64,000 nucleotides of DNA from Acidobacteriota bacterium. Its GTDB lineage: Bacteria; Acidobacteriota; Thermoanaerobaculia; Multivoradales; UBA5704. Below, in pieces: positions 39,696 to 48,279 of this stretch. The notes beneath the pieces were generated by a model. The model did no database searches. It worked only from the letters and a program-made list of their open reading frames with translations, and was not told where the DNA came from. The stretch spans positions 20,889 to 84,888 of the forward strand of contig JAXDKS010000034.1 of NCBI GenBank assembly GCA_034666985.1, written 5' to 3'. A program made the translations under genes and the position numbers. Numbering within the stretch: the stretch's first letter is position 1; the number at the start of each line of letters is the position of its first letter.

Positions 39696-42062
39696 CTACC
39701 GCGAGAACCCGGGATAGGGCACGACCTTGGCGTCCACTCCATCGGACGCGTGAAGGTCGGCCGCGGCCTGCGTCGCGTCCTGCTCGGAAGAGAAGGGTCC
39801 GAAGGCGACCGTGCAGACAGCGTGGCCGTTCTCCTCCCGGGGAAGGAGGAAGGCGCCCCGGCCGGAGAAACGGGCAAGCGCGCGAGCGGCGTCGATCCAG
39901 TCCTCGGAAGCGAACACCTGCACGATGGGAGAGCCCGCCGTCATCCGGGTCGGCGTTTCCCCGGCACGGGCCGCGTCGAGCCGGCAGGTTGCCGTGAGCC
40001 GCTGCCAGGTGGCGGGATCGATGATGGGGAAGGATGGGGTCGTCGGACTCGGGGTCGGCGTCGTGTCGAAGGAACCGGGGAACTGCGGGCCCGGGCTGCC
40101 GAGGGTCGGACCCGAGTCGGCGATGGGAGGACCCGGGCTGGCAATGTCCTGCGATCCCGTCGTGGCGACAGAGGCCGGCTCCGGCGCGGACCGCGAGCGG
40201 AGCAGGAACACCGAGAGACCGACTACCGCCACGGCGATCATGGCGGCCACGCCCATCCAATTCCCCCGGCGCTGGCCGGACCGGACCGGAGGCGGCGAGT
40301 GCGATCCAGGATAGGCGGCCGTACCAGCCGGCGGCGGAGGGGGCAAGGGCTGGGCCGCGGCCACGGCAGCAGGGAGCGGGGGACGAGGGGGAGCCACGGC
40401 CGTGGCGTCGCCGTCATCTTCATTGGCCTCGTCGCTCGGAGGCTGCGGAGCCGTGGGGAACGCGACGACCGTGGCGTTCAGATCGAAATCCCCCTTGCCT
40501 CCAGGCAGGAGCTGGAAATGGAGCCGCCGCAGCTCCTCGGGAGGCAGGCTCCGCGCCGGCTCCTCCGGCAACGGGTCCTGCCAGTAGGTGGGACGCACGA
40601 AGTTCGGACGGCCCAGGGAGATTGCGTACCGCCACTCCTCCTCGACGTAGGGCGAGCGCAGAGCGTTCCACGACCAGAAGAGCTGGAAGACGTCCGCCTT
40701 CTGGATCAGATCTTTCAGCCGGTCGTTCCATACCTCGCCCGCGCGCAACTCGTGGACGTCCCGCAGATAGCGGTCGCCGAGGGTGCGGGCATAGCGCTCG
40801 AATTCCTCGACGATGCCGGCGTCCCGATGGGAGTACGATGGGAAGATGTTGCGGAACGGCCGGCTCGCGACCCGCTCAGTCGGCACGGACGGAGGCGCCG
40901 GGCCGCTGGCGATCCGGGCATCGACCCGGATGGCGAGGCTGACCTCGGCCAGGATGATGCTCCCCCAGAACACGCTCATCCGGCCGCGGACGGCCGTGCC
41001 TGCGAGCTCCGGCCCGGCCCGGATCCGGAACTCCTCCCGATGCACGGACTCCAGCCACAGGAACGTCCGCCGGGGCGGATTGACCTCGAACCCCGGGATC
41101 TCCGGCACGAACGTGATCTCCGCCTCATGGGGGATGGCGTAGCGGCTGTCCTGCTTGACGTCCGCATACCCCTGAGCCATGTCGCCGAGGATCTTCCGGG
41201 CCTGCGCCCGCACTTCCTCGACCGGGTCCGGCTCATCCGCCGGAGCGTCTGGCGGCAGCTCCTCCAGATGGGCGAACGCCAGCAGCGGAAACCACTTCAA
41301 CGGCTCCACCGCCCGCGGGCGGTACACCGTGAACTGGACGTTCTCGTGAAGAGGGAGCGCCTTGTCGGGAGGAACGTGGGCCGGCGAAGGCTCGGGCGCC
41401 GGAGCCGACACCGGAGCGAGTAGGGGAGCCTCCCTGGCCAAACCCTGTTCCTGGATCGCCTTCCAAAGATCCTCCAGAACCCGCTCGGCAAAAGCATCCA
41501 ACCGAGCCGCCCGGCCGAGACCATCGCTCCAACCGCAGGAATAGCCGTCCAGGACCGGCCGTCCCGAAGCCCGGATGCGATCCTTCAGCTTGGTGAGGCG
41601 GGAAGCTGCCGCTTCATTCTCAGGAAGGAACCGTTCCCGCTGCGCCTCGGGAACCGACAAGGGGAACCGGCGGTCCCTGAAATAGAAGAAGCTCCGGGTC
41701 TTACCCGGCTCGCGAAGAGCCCCCTGAAGGATCTCGAGCTCCACCATGCTCCGGCCGGGGTCCTCCGCCAGCCAGGGCTGCGCCGCCACCAGAGCCAGAG
41801 GGACCGCCGCCGGAGGCTCGCCATACCGCTCCCCCAGCAGCCCCACGAAGATCTGGCACCCCTCGATCTCCCGGAACCGCCGCGCCAGGTCCCACTCCTC
41901 CCCCTTGACCTTGGCAGGATCGACGACGACGATCTCGATCCCCAGCCTCTGCGCCCGCTCCCGGAGCTCGGGCAGGACGAGGCCCTCGATGACGGCGCGT
42001 TCGCCGTCCATCTCCCCGGGGAGGGATGCGAGGTAGAGGCGGAGGGGAGAGGGAGGAGGCAT
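39696..42062 (-). CDS. Multidomain protein: N-terminal DUF4062-like domain, central TIR domain, single TM helix and C-terminal SPOR (peptidoglycan-binding) domain
   Basis: DUF4062-like LYLASLPGEMDGERAVIEGLVLPELRERAQRLGIEIVVVD..IFVGLLGERYG. TIR: IFPSYSHRDAGIVEEFERYARTLG...DVFQLFWSWNALRSPYVEEEWRYAI. TM: WMGVAAMIAVAVVGLSVFLL. SPOR: VQVFASEDWIDAARALARFSGRGAFLLP..AVCTVAFGPFSSEQDATQAAADL. Confidence 0.65.
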   Translation of the reverse strand: MPPPSPLRLYLASLPGEMDGERAVIEGLVLPELRERAQRLGIEIVVVDPAKVKGEEWDLARRFREIEGCQIFVGLLGERYGEPPAAVPLALVAAQPWLAEDPGRSMVELEILQGALREPGKTRSFFYFRDRRFPLSVPEAQRERFLPENEAAASRLTKLKDRIRASGRPVLDGYSCGWSDGLGRAARLDAFAERVLEDLWKAIQEQGLAREAPLLAPVSAPAPEPSPAHVPPDKALPLHENVQFTVYRPRAVEPLKWFPLLAFAHLEELPPDAPADEPDPVEEVRAQARKILGDMAQGYADVKQDSRYAIPHEAEITFVPEIPGFEVNPPRRTFLWLESVHREEFRIRAGPELAGTAVRGRMSVFWGSIILAEVSLAIRVDARIASGPAPPSVPTERVASRPFRNIFPSYSHRDAGIVEEFERYARTLGDRYLRDVHELRAGEVWNDRLKDLIQKADVFQLFWSWNALRSPYVEEEWRYAISLGRPNFVRPTYWQDPLPEEPARSLPPEELRRLHFQLLPGGKGDFDLNATVVAFPTAPQPPSDEANEDDGDATAVAPPRPPLPAAVAAAQPLPPPPPAGTAAYPGSHSPPPVRSGQRRGNWMGVAAMIAVAVVGLSVFLLRSRSAPEPASVATTGSQDIASPGPPIADSGPTLGSPGPQFPGSFDTTPTPSPTTPSFPIIDPATWQRLTATCRLDAARAGETPTRMTAGSPIVQVFASEDWIDAARALARFSGRGAFLLPREENGHAVCTVAFGPFSSEQDATQAAADLHASDGVDAKVVPYPGFSR

Positions 42063-42199
42063 GGCTATCCTTGATTTTATTCCAAGAAGGACGACCCGAA
42101 CACCATCCAGCCCGTGCTAGCATAGAGCTGGAGGGTGTTGCTTTCTGGCGGGCAAAATGCTTTGATGACGCGTCCCGTCGGGGAAAGGCAGACACGTGT

Positions 42200-42973
42200 A
42201 TGAGCGTCCTTCCGCTCGAACAGGAGATTGAATACCCCACCTCCGACGGCCAGCCCATGGCCGAGACCCCTCTTCATCGGAAGGTGATGAACGACCTCAT
42301 CGGGGGCTTGGAGGACCGTTACGCCCAGGAGCCAGACGTCTGGGCTGGAGGCAACCTCTTCCTTTGCTACGAGGAAGGCAACCCGGCGGCGTGCGTGGCC
42401 CCGGACGTGCTGCTGGCCAAGGGGGTGCCGAAGTGGGACCGGCCGAACTATCTCCTCTGGGAGGAAGTGCCGCCCAGCTTGGTGGTGGAGATCACGTCGA
42501 AGAAGACCCGGCGGGATGACCAGGGCAAGAAGAAGTCGCTCTACGAGCGGCTTGGCGTCGAGGAGCTGGTCCTGTTCGATCCCTACGGAGAGTACCTGCG
42601 GCCGCGGCTCCAGGGTTACCGGCTCGTCAAGGGGCATTATCAACCGGTCCCCCTGGAGCAGGACGGGGCATTCCTGAGCCAGACGACAGGCCTGCTCTTC
42701 CACCCTGAGGGGAAGCGATTACGGCTGGTGGATGCCGTCACCGGAGAGCGGTACCTGTGGCGCGAGGAGTCCGAAGCGGCCCGGAAGGCAGAAGCCGCCG
42801 CCCGTCGGGCCGCGCAGAGAAGAGCCGCCAAGGAGGCCGCCGCCCGCCAGGCTGCGGAGGCGAGAGCTGCGGAAGCGGAGGTGAAGGCCGCTGAAGAGGC
42901 GGCAGCTCGACAGGCCGCCGAAGAGCAGGTTCGGGCCTTGAAAGCGGAACTGGACCGGCTGCGGAAGGGCTGA
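42200..42973 (+). CDS. Uma2-family (DUF820) PD-(D/E)XK endonuclease with a Lys/Ala/Glu-rich coiled-coil tail
   Basis: EYPTSDGQPMAETPLH...APDVLL..G..E..PSLVVEITSKKTRRDD..KKSLYERLGVEELVLFDP is the Uma2 restriction-endonuclease-like core. Confidence 0.75.
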   Translation: MSVLPLEQEIEYPTSDGQPMAETPLHRKVMNDLIGGLEDRYAQEPDVWAGGNLFLCYEEGNPAACVAPDVLLAKGVPKWDRPNYLLWEEVPPSLVVEITSKKTRRDDQGKKKSLYERLGVEELVLFDPYGEYLRPRLQGYRLVKGHYQPVPLEQDGAFLSQTTGLLFHPEGKRLRLVDAVTGERYLWREESEAARKAEAAARRAAQRRAAKEAAARQAAEARAAEAEVKAAEEAAARQAAEEQVRALKAELDRLRKG

Positions 42974-42991
42974 CCCGCGCGCCGGAGCGGC

Positions 42992-44788
42992 CTAGGGAGG
43001 AGTCAGAGGCTTGGTGACGAACGCCGCACGCCAGTCAGCCTGCTCCAAGAGTTGGATTTGGCAAAAATACTCCGCCTGGGCGCCCAGTTCCTTGGAGGAC
43101 ATCGCCCTCTTGGAGCTCAACAAACTGGTCAGCAAAGCACTCAACCTCGCTCGCAAGGCTTTGGAGCGCCGGAAAATTCGCTCAAACTCGCCCTGATGGG
43201 AAATGCCTTCAACGGCGGCACCGACAGCCGGCAGGACGACCGCACAGAGGCTCAGCAGGAGGATTGCAGCGGCGGCGACAAATTTACCCAGCCGGGGATC
43301 TGCTTCTTCACCAAGCCACAGGTGAACAAGGCACGCCACTAGAGTGGCGGGGAAAAGCCATTTTACCACTAGCGAATGCAGACGATGGTGTGCGAGCTCC
43401 ATCCTCGCGGAGGTCTCCGCGTGGTACTTGACCTGCCCCTTCACCGCGTCCGCGAGCACTTGACGATAGGTTTCCAGGAAGGCTGCATCCATTCTTGAAG
43501 AAACCATCCCTAACTCACGAGCAATCGCTCGAAAGTACCAATTGAACCAAGTCCTGCCGGGATCTTCTTCGAGGTGTGCAGGGACTTCAAAGGCAGGAGT
43601 CACCCGAGCAAGGGGTATCAGGTACTGCATCTGCCTGAAGCCTTCGGCGAGAAGCCGATAATCGATCCATCGCTCATGGAGATGGAAGCGCTGGTTCCCC
43701 AGCCACACCAAGATCAATATGGCGGTGATCAACACCAGCTCAACCCAAAACGCATCGTGGTACCCTTCTTTGTAGATACCGAAGAAGGCTGAGAATACGG
43801 CAGCGGCGCCGAGCCCATAGGTTAGGATGAACAGACTGCGATAGATATCTCCATAAGTATTGGCGAGATCGTCTGCGCGCTTTAAATGAATCTGGCAGCC
43901 ATTAAGAAGCTTATGCCCTATACGGCTGTTGGGTTCCTCAAGGCTGGCCCAACGATCCTCCGCCGGCTGATCGCCACCGTTTAGGCCATTGTTGCCTGTC
44001 TCTTCGAGGCGCTTTTCCCAACCACGGGCGATGAAATTGCGGAACGTTTTGTAGATCGGTATCGGCTTGGGCTGCTTCTCCCCGAGAAATCGCTCCAGAG
44101 GCTTGGGACTGACGTCCGTTGGCATCTCGAAGATAGGTTTTAGACGATTCAAGAGATGGCCGAGATCCGTTTTTCTTGGGGGTTCCCCAGGATTCGTACC
44201 TCGTTCCAAGAGGCAGATCTCGTGCTCTGGACGGGAATTGATCCAGATGATTGGAATGCTTCGAGAGAGCGCTTCGGTGGCCACAGCCCCCGGATCCCCT
44301 TTTTCTCCCTGCTCGCCGTTCCACACAGCGATGAGTACATCGCACTGACGTAGAACGGCCTGTCCCACGGTCTCACGTGCTGCAGGCTTGTCATCCGAGG
44401 AACCATCCAACTCGACCTTTACCGAATCAAGACCCCAAAGATCATCGAAGATCTCATGCCATTCTGCGGTCAGGAACTTCTTCCTGTATTCCTCATGCGC
44501 TACGGATAAGAGGCACTGCAGCTCAAATTTCTGCTGAATGGCCTCACGCGTGACTACCAGTTCGGCTCCTTCTCCCAAAGGAGAGATGATGCGCATCGTC
44601 GGGTTCTCGCTTATGTATAATCCCTTGCAGGGACTACGGAGATCGCCGGCGCATTCACGGAGTTTTTTGAGAGCTTCTTGAATTTTTTTAATGAGGAGTT
44701 CATTGGATGTCTCGGAACGCAAATCGCAGCCCGTTACGCCGACGCGTACAACCAGTCGTGTTCCCGTCGATGGTCTTTTCTGTATCAT
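42992..44788 (-). CDS. SLOG-domain protein fused to a 4-TM (tandem 2TM, SLATT-like) membrane effector region
   Basis: N-terminal Rossmannoid SLOG-like domain (RVGVTGCDL...ISPLGEGAELVVTREA...CDVLIAVWNGEQGEKGDPGAVATEA), paralogous to the upstream gene. Two pairs of TM helices separated by a soluble helical segment. GC about 52%. Confidence 0.6.
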   Translation of the reverse strand: MIQKRPSTGTRLVVRVGVTGCDLRSETSNELLIKKIQEALKKLRECAGDLRSPCKGLYISENPTMRIISPLGEGAELVVTREAIQQKFELQCLLSVAHEEYRKKFLTAEWHEIFDDLWGLDSVKVELDGSSDDKPAARETVGQAVLRQCDVLIAVWNGEQGEKGDPGAVATEALSRSIPIIWINSRPEHEICLLERGTNPGEPPRKTDLGHLLNRLKPIFEMPTDVSPKPLERFLGEKQPKPIPIYKTFRNFIARGWEKRLEETGNNGLNGGDQPAEDRWASLEEPNSRIGHKLLNGCQIHLKRADDLANTYGDIYRSLFILTYGLGAAAVFSAFFGIYKEGYHDAFWVELVLITAILILVWLGNQRFHLHERWIDYRLLAEGFRQMQYLIPLARVTPAFEVPAHLEEDPGRTWFNWYFRAIARELGMVSSRMDAAFLETYRQVLADAVKGQVKYHAETSARMELAHHRLHSLVVKWLFPATLVACLVHLWLGEEADPRLGKFVAAAAILLLSLCAVVLPAVGAAVEGISHQGEFERIFRRSKALRARLSALLTSLLSSKRAMSSKELGAQAEYFCQIQLLEQADWRAAFVTKPLTPP

Positions 44789-44805
44789 TTATGTCCTCAT
44801 TTCGC

Positions 44806-45477
44806 TCAGCTCATGCCGCGCGCAGTCAAGACTCTTCCGATCGCTTCGGAGAGTCCGTTCATCGAATCGTATAAGAGAGGAGCAATCGACCTTAGTAGAA
44901 AAATCTCCTCGTGGGGTCGTACCCATACAGTAGTAATTCCTCGTGCGATGGCTTCTTTCACGATTTGCCCTGTACCACCCTGTCCTGCCGGAGATTGACC
45001 ATTCCATATAGCGATCAGGATGTCAGAGTGGAGAAGGACCCATCGACCCACCTCCTCGTAAGCTTTGTTTTCATGCTCGCGGGAACCCGCCAGCTCAATG
45101 ACTTGCGTGGTACGCTCTAACAGAGCATGAAACGCCGTCTTGGATTCTGGGATCGTGAAATCCTTCTCGTACTCCTGGCGTGAGAAAGGCAGCGGGCTCT
45201 GAAGCTCATAGCCAAGCATCAATCCTTCTTCAGCTACGATGCGATCGGCACCTTCGGCGAGAGGTGAGACGACTTTGAGGAGGAGCTCTTCTCTGACGTC
45301 TGGATGCCGTTCAGAGAGCCGACGAGCGATCTCCTTGACCTGGGCCAGGACTTTACGGACCGATCCTCTCAAAAGCGCCTGGTCGTATCCCGCTTCGGAT
45401 AAGCCTTTGGTCCGATGGCCGGTGACGCCGACTCGGAGTGTCGGCGGTGAGCCGAGTGGACTCTCCTGTGAGACCAT
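44806..45477 (-). CDS. Standalone SLOG-domain protein (LOG/YpsA-like Rossmannoid nucleotide-binding fold)
   Basis: LRVGVTGHR..VVSPLAEGADRIVAEE...HSDILIAIWNGQSPAGQGGTGQIVKEAIARGI; the GGTG motif is as in the LOG/SLOG PGGxGT motif. It is the first gene of an operon with the SLOG-SLATT gene. Confidence 0.6.
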   Translation of the reverse strand: MVSQESPLGSPPTLRVGVTGHRTKGLSEAGYDQALLRGSVRKVLAQVKEIARRLSERHPDVREELLLKVVSPLAEGADRIVAEEGLMLGYELQSPLPFSRQEYEKDFTIPESKTAFHALLERTTQVIELAGSREHENKAYEEVGRWVLLHSDILIAIWNGQSPAGQGGTGQIVKEAIARGITTVWVRPHEEIFLLRSIAPLLYDSMNGLSEAIGRVLTARGMS

Positions 45478-45658
45478 ATGCGAACCGATTATAAACTATT
45501 CGCCGCGGCCGGCTCGGGTTCGCCGGCGAACCTCTGACTCCTGGGCCACCCCTCCCGGCCTGATCCTTGCAGCCGCTCACCTCAGGGACCGAGCCGGGCC
45601 TCCGGTCCCTCCACTACCATCTCTGACGCAGTCGCCCGGCCCCAAGGAGGACCCTCCT

Positions 45659-45874
45659 ATGGCTGAGATCCGAGTCGAGAAGAAGAAAGGCGTCCCCGTC
45701 TGGGCGATCCTGCTTGCCCTGATCATCCTGGCTCTCATCGTCTGGGCCGTTTCCTCGCTGCGCAGTCGCGGTCGCCAGCAGGACGTCGACCATACGGCGG
45801 CCCTCGCGGGACTGACGCAGGTCATCGTCCTCGAAACCCGCGAGACCTTCGTCCCCACCGCCCGGTGCGCCTGA
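45659..45874 (+). CDS. Small single-TM hypothetical protein
   Basis: RBS CCAAGGAGGACCCTCCT ATG; PVWAILLALIILALIVWAV. Confidence 0.4.
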   Translation: MAEIRVEKKKGVPVWAILLALIILALIVWAVSSLRSRGRQQDVDHTAALAGLTQVIVLETRETFVPTARCA

Positions 45875-45913
45875 CGGGGCTCTTCGGAGGGGTGCACGGC
45901 TGCGCCCCTCCTG

Positions 45914-48140
45914 TCAAGGCGCGGCCAGATCGACCACCACCTCACGGTCGGCCGTCAGCTCGATGGGTTGCTCCTGCACCTTCTGCCCGCGCATATCCTG
46001 AATCCGCAGCCGGTAGGTCCCTGCCTGGAGGCGCTCGAAGCGAAGGACGCCATTCTGGCTGGAGACGCCGTTCTGGCCGAACGCATTCTTGATGAGCGTA
46101 CTGCCGTCGGTATCCAGGAGAGTGGCGAGGAAGGACTCGTCCGGATGGGCGGAGCGGACCGTGAGGGTGAGGTCTCCCATGCGGAAGTCGAGGTCGAGCG
46201 TAGCCTCGGTCGCACCAGGAGGAATGTGGATCCTCCCTGTGGCCAGTCTGGCTGGAGATCCATAGAATAGAGGTCCCGATCCCGATGTGTAGCTCGCGGT
46301 GATCGTCCAGTCTCCGGGCCAGAGGCCTGTCTGACGGTAGTGGCCGTTTTCGTCCACGGTCCAGGGACCAGATCTATAGCTCGGGGGCCCTTCGGCTTGA
46401 AAGGACTGGATGGTCTCGCCCGGCTCCAGTCCCAGGATGCGGCCGGTGAGGACGATGTTCGGTCCCAGTTGGATCTCGACGTCTTCGACCGGCGCTCCCA
46501 CGACCACGATCGGCCGCTCCGCGTCCCGGCTGGAGTAGCCCTCCGCCGAGACGGACAGGTCATAGGTCCCATCGGTCACGCCGACCGCGAACGAGCCATC
46601 CGCCAGAGTTTGGGTCTGAAAGTGTGCGTAGGTATTTCCGCTAAACCGGAGGCTGGCCCCCACGATCGGCTCTCCTCCCGGTCCGGTGACCCGCCCCCGG
46701 ATCTCGGAGACGGGAGGGAACTGGAGGTCGTGCACCACCTCCGTCAGCCCGGCGGGTGGGGTGAGCTCGGCCGTGGCGAAACGGTCTCCGGCCTGGGCGT
46801 GCAAACTCCAATGTCCTGGCGGGAGGTTTGGGACCTCGAACCGGCCCTCGGAATCGATGGCGGCCTGGACTTCGCGAAGAGAGCCGGCCACCACGGAGAC
46901 AGAAATCTTGTCCATGGCTGCGGGATCGATGCCCAGGACGCGCCCTTTCAGGATCAGGCCGTAGCTGAGCCGGATCTCCACGCCGTCGATCGGCCGGTCT
47001 TCCACCGTGATGCCGCCGGTTTCCGTGGGGGCGAACCCGTCCTTCTCGGCCAGCAGCTTATGGACTCCCTTGTCCCCCGACAGCAGGAACGAGCCGTCCG
47101 CCAGGGTCGACGTCGATCGACACCGGCACCTGTCGTCGGTGATGAGCACCCCCGCGACCGGCGCGCCGTCGGGTCCGATCACCCGGCCGCGGATCTCGAA
47201 ATGCTGAACGGGACGCAGGACGAGATCGATCCGTGTCCCCTCAGGGCGAATCAGGAATTTTCCGTTCATGTCGAAAAATCGGCATGCCTCGTCTCGACAG
47301 CCCCCTCCCCGGTCTCAACCCCTTCCAGAAGGAAGTTTCCGCCCTCGTCGCTGGAGGCCGTGACGGAGCTCCTGGGTCCTGAGAGACGGATCCATGCCCC
47401 CACGACGGGGTGGCCTTCCGGGTCGGCGACGTGGCCGCTCACCGTCACTCCCGGATCCATCCGGATCTTCAATCCATCCAATCCCGGGAGGGACGTCGAG
47501 AGTATCGAGGCGTGTGCTGAGATGCCCTGCACCACCGGCGCCCACTTCGTACCGTCCCGCCCCTCCCAGCTCCACGGTGAAGGTCCCCTCGACGCCGGTG
47601 AGAGCCGAGCTGACGAAGGGGCACGGCGGGTCCGGCATGATGAGGTCGTTTCCCTCCCAGCGGGTGCGAGTGGGCCAGGCGGAGACCGTCACGCCGGAGA
47701 GGGGCTCGCCGCCGGCGTCCACGACATGCCCGGCGAGATGGACGGTCGGCGTGAGCACGATACGCGGCTCCGCGGACGCCGGACCCTTCGCCGGAAATTC
47801 TGTCGGCGTGTAGCCCTTGCGGCAGGCCCGAAGCTGTTCATGGTCTCCCACTGCCCGCTCGCGCAGCTCGAAGCGGCCATCCGGACCGCTGAGGGTGGCG
47901 GGGCCCGCCTGATAGGTGGCCTGGGTGATCTCGGCGTAATTTTCGGGCACCACCCAGATCTCCACGCCCTCTACCGGGCGGTCTGAGGGATCGACGATCC
48001 GCCCCGCGACCCGTGTCCGCCTTTCCAGCGTGAAGGTCCCGAGGCTTACCGGCCCCTGTCCTGCCGGCACCGAGATCATCTTTTTCGCCAGGGGGAGGCG
48101 AGCAGAGCCAAGCCCAGAAGGACTCGAAGAAGATGACGAA
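45914..48140 (-). pseudogene. Carboxypeptidase-regulatory-like (CarbopepD_reg_2) beta-sandwich repeat protein, disrupted by at least three frameshifts at homopolymer runs
   Basis: The signal peptide MLRHLLRVLLGLALLASP (from 48140) is out of frame with the body. Frame shifts fall at A5 (about 48075), in 47400-47535, and at T5 (about 47275). Repeats of ..RGRV.GPDG.P..GV.I... occur. Confidence 0.45.
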
Positions 48141-48279
48141 GCATGTTGAGGGGTTACGCAAGGATGATTCCAGCCCGGTCTCCCGAGGGGAACCGCGCGG
48201 AAAGAGGAGTTTTGGGTTCAAGGGGCTGGACGCATGTCCAGATTTATGGACAGGAGAGGTCGTCTTGAGTTACGCGCCA

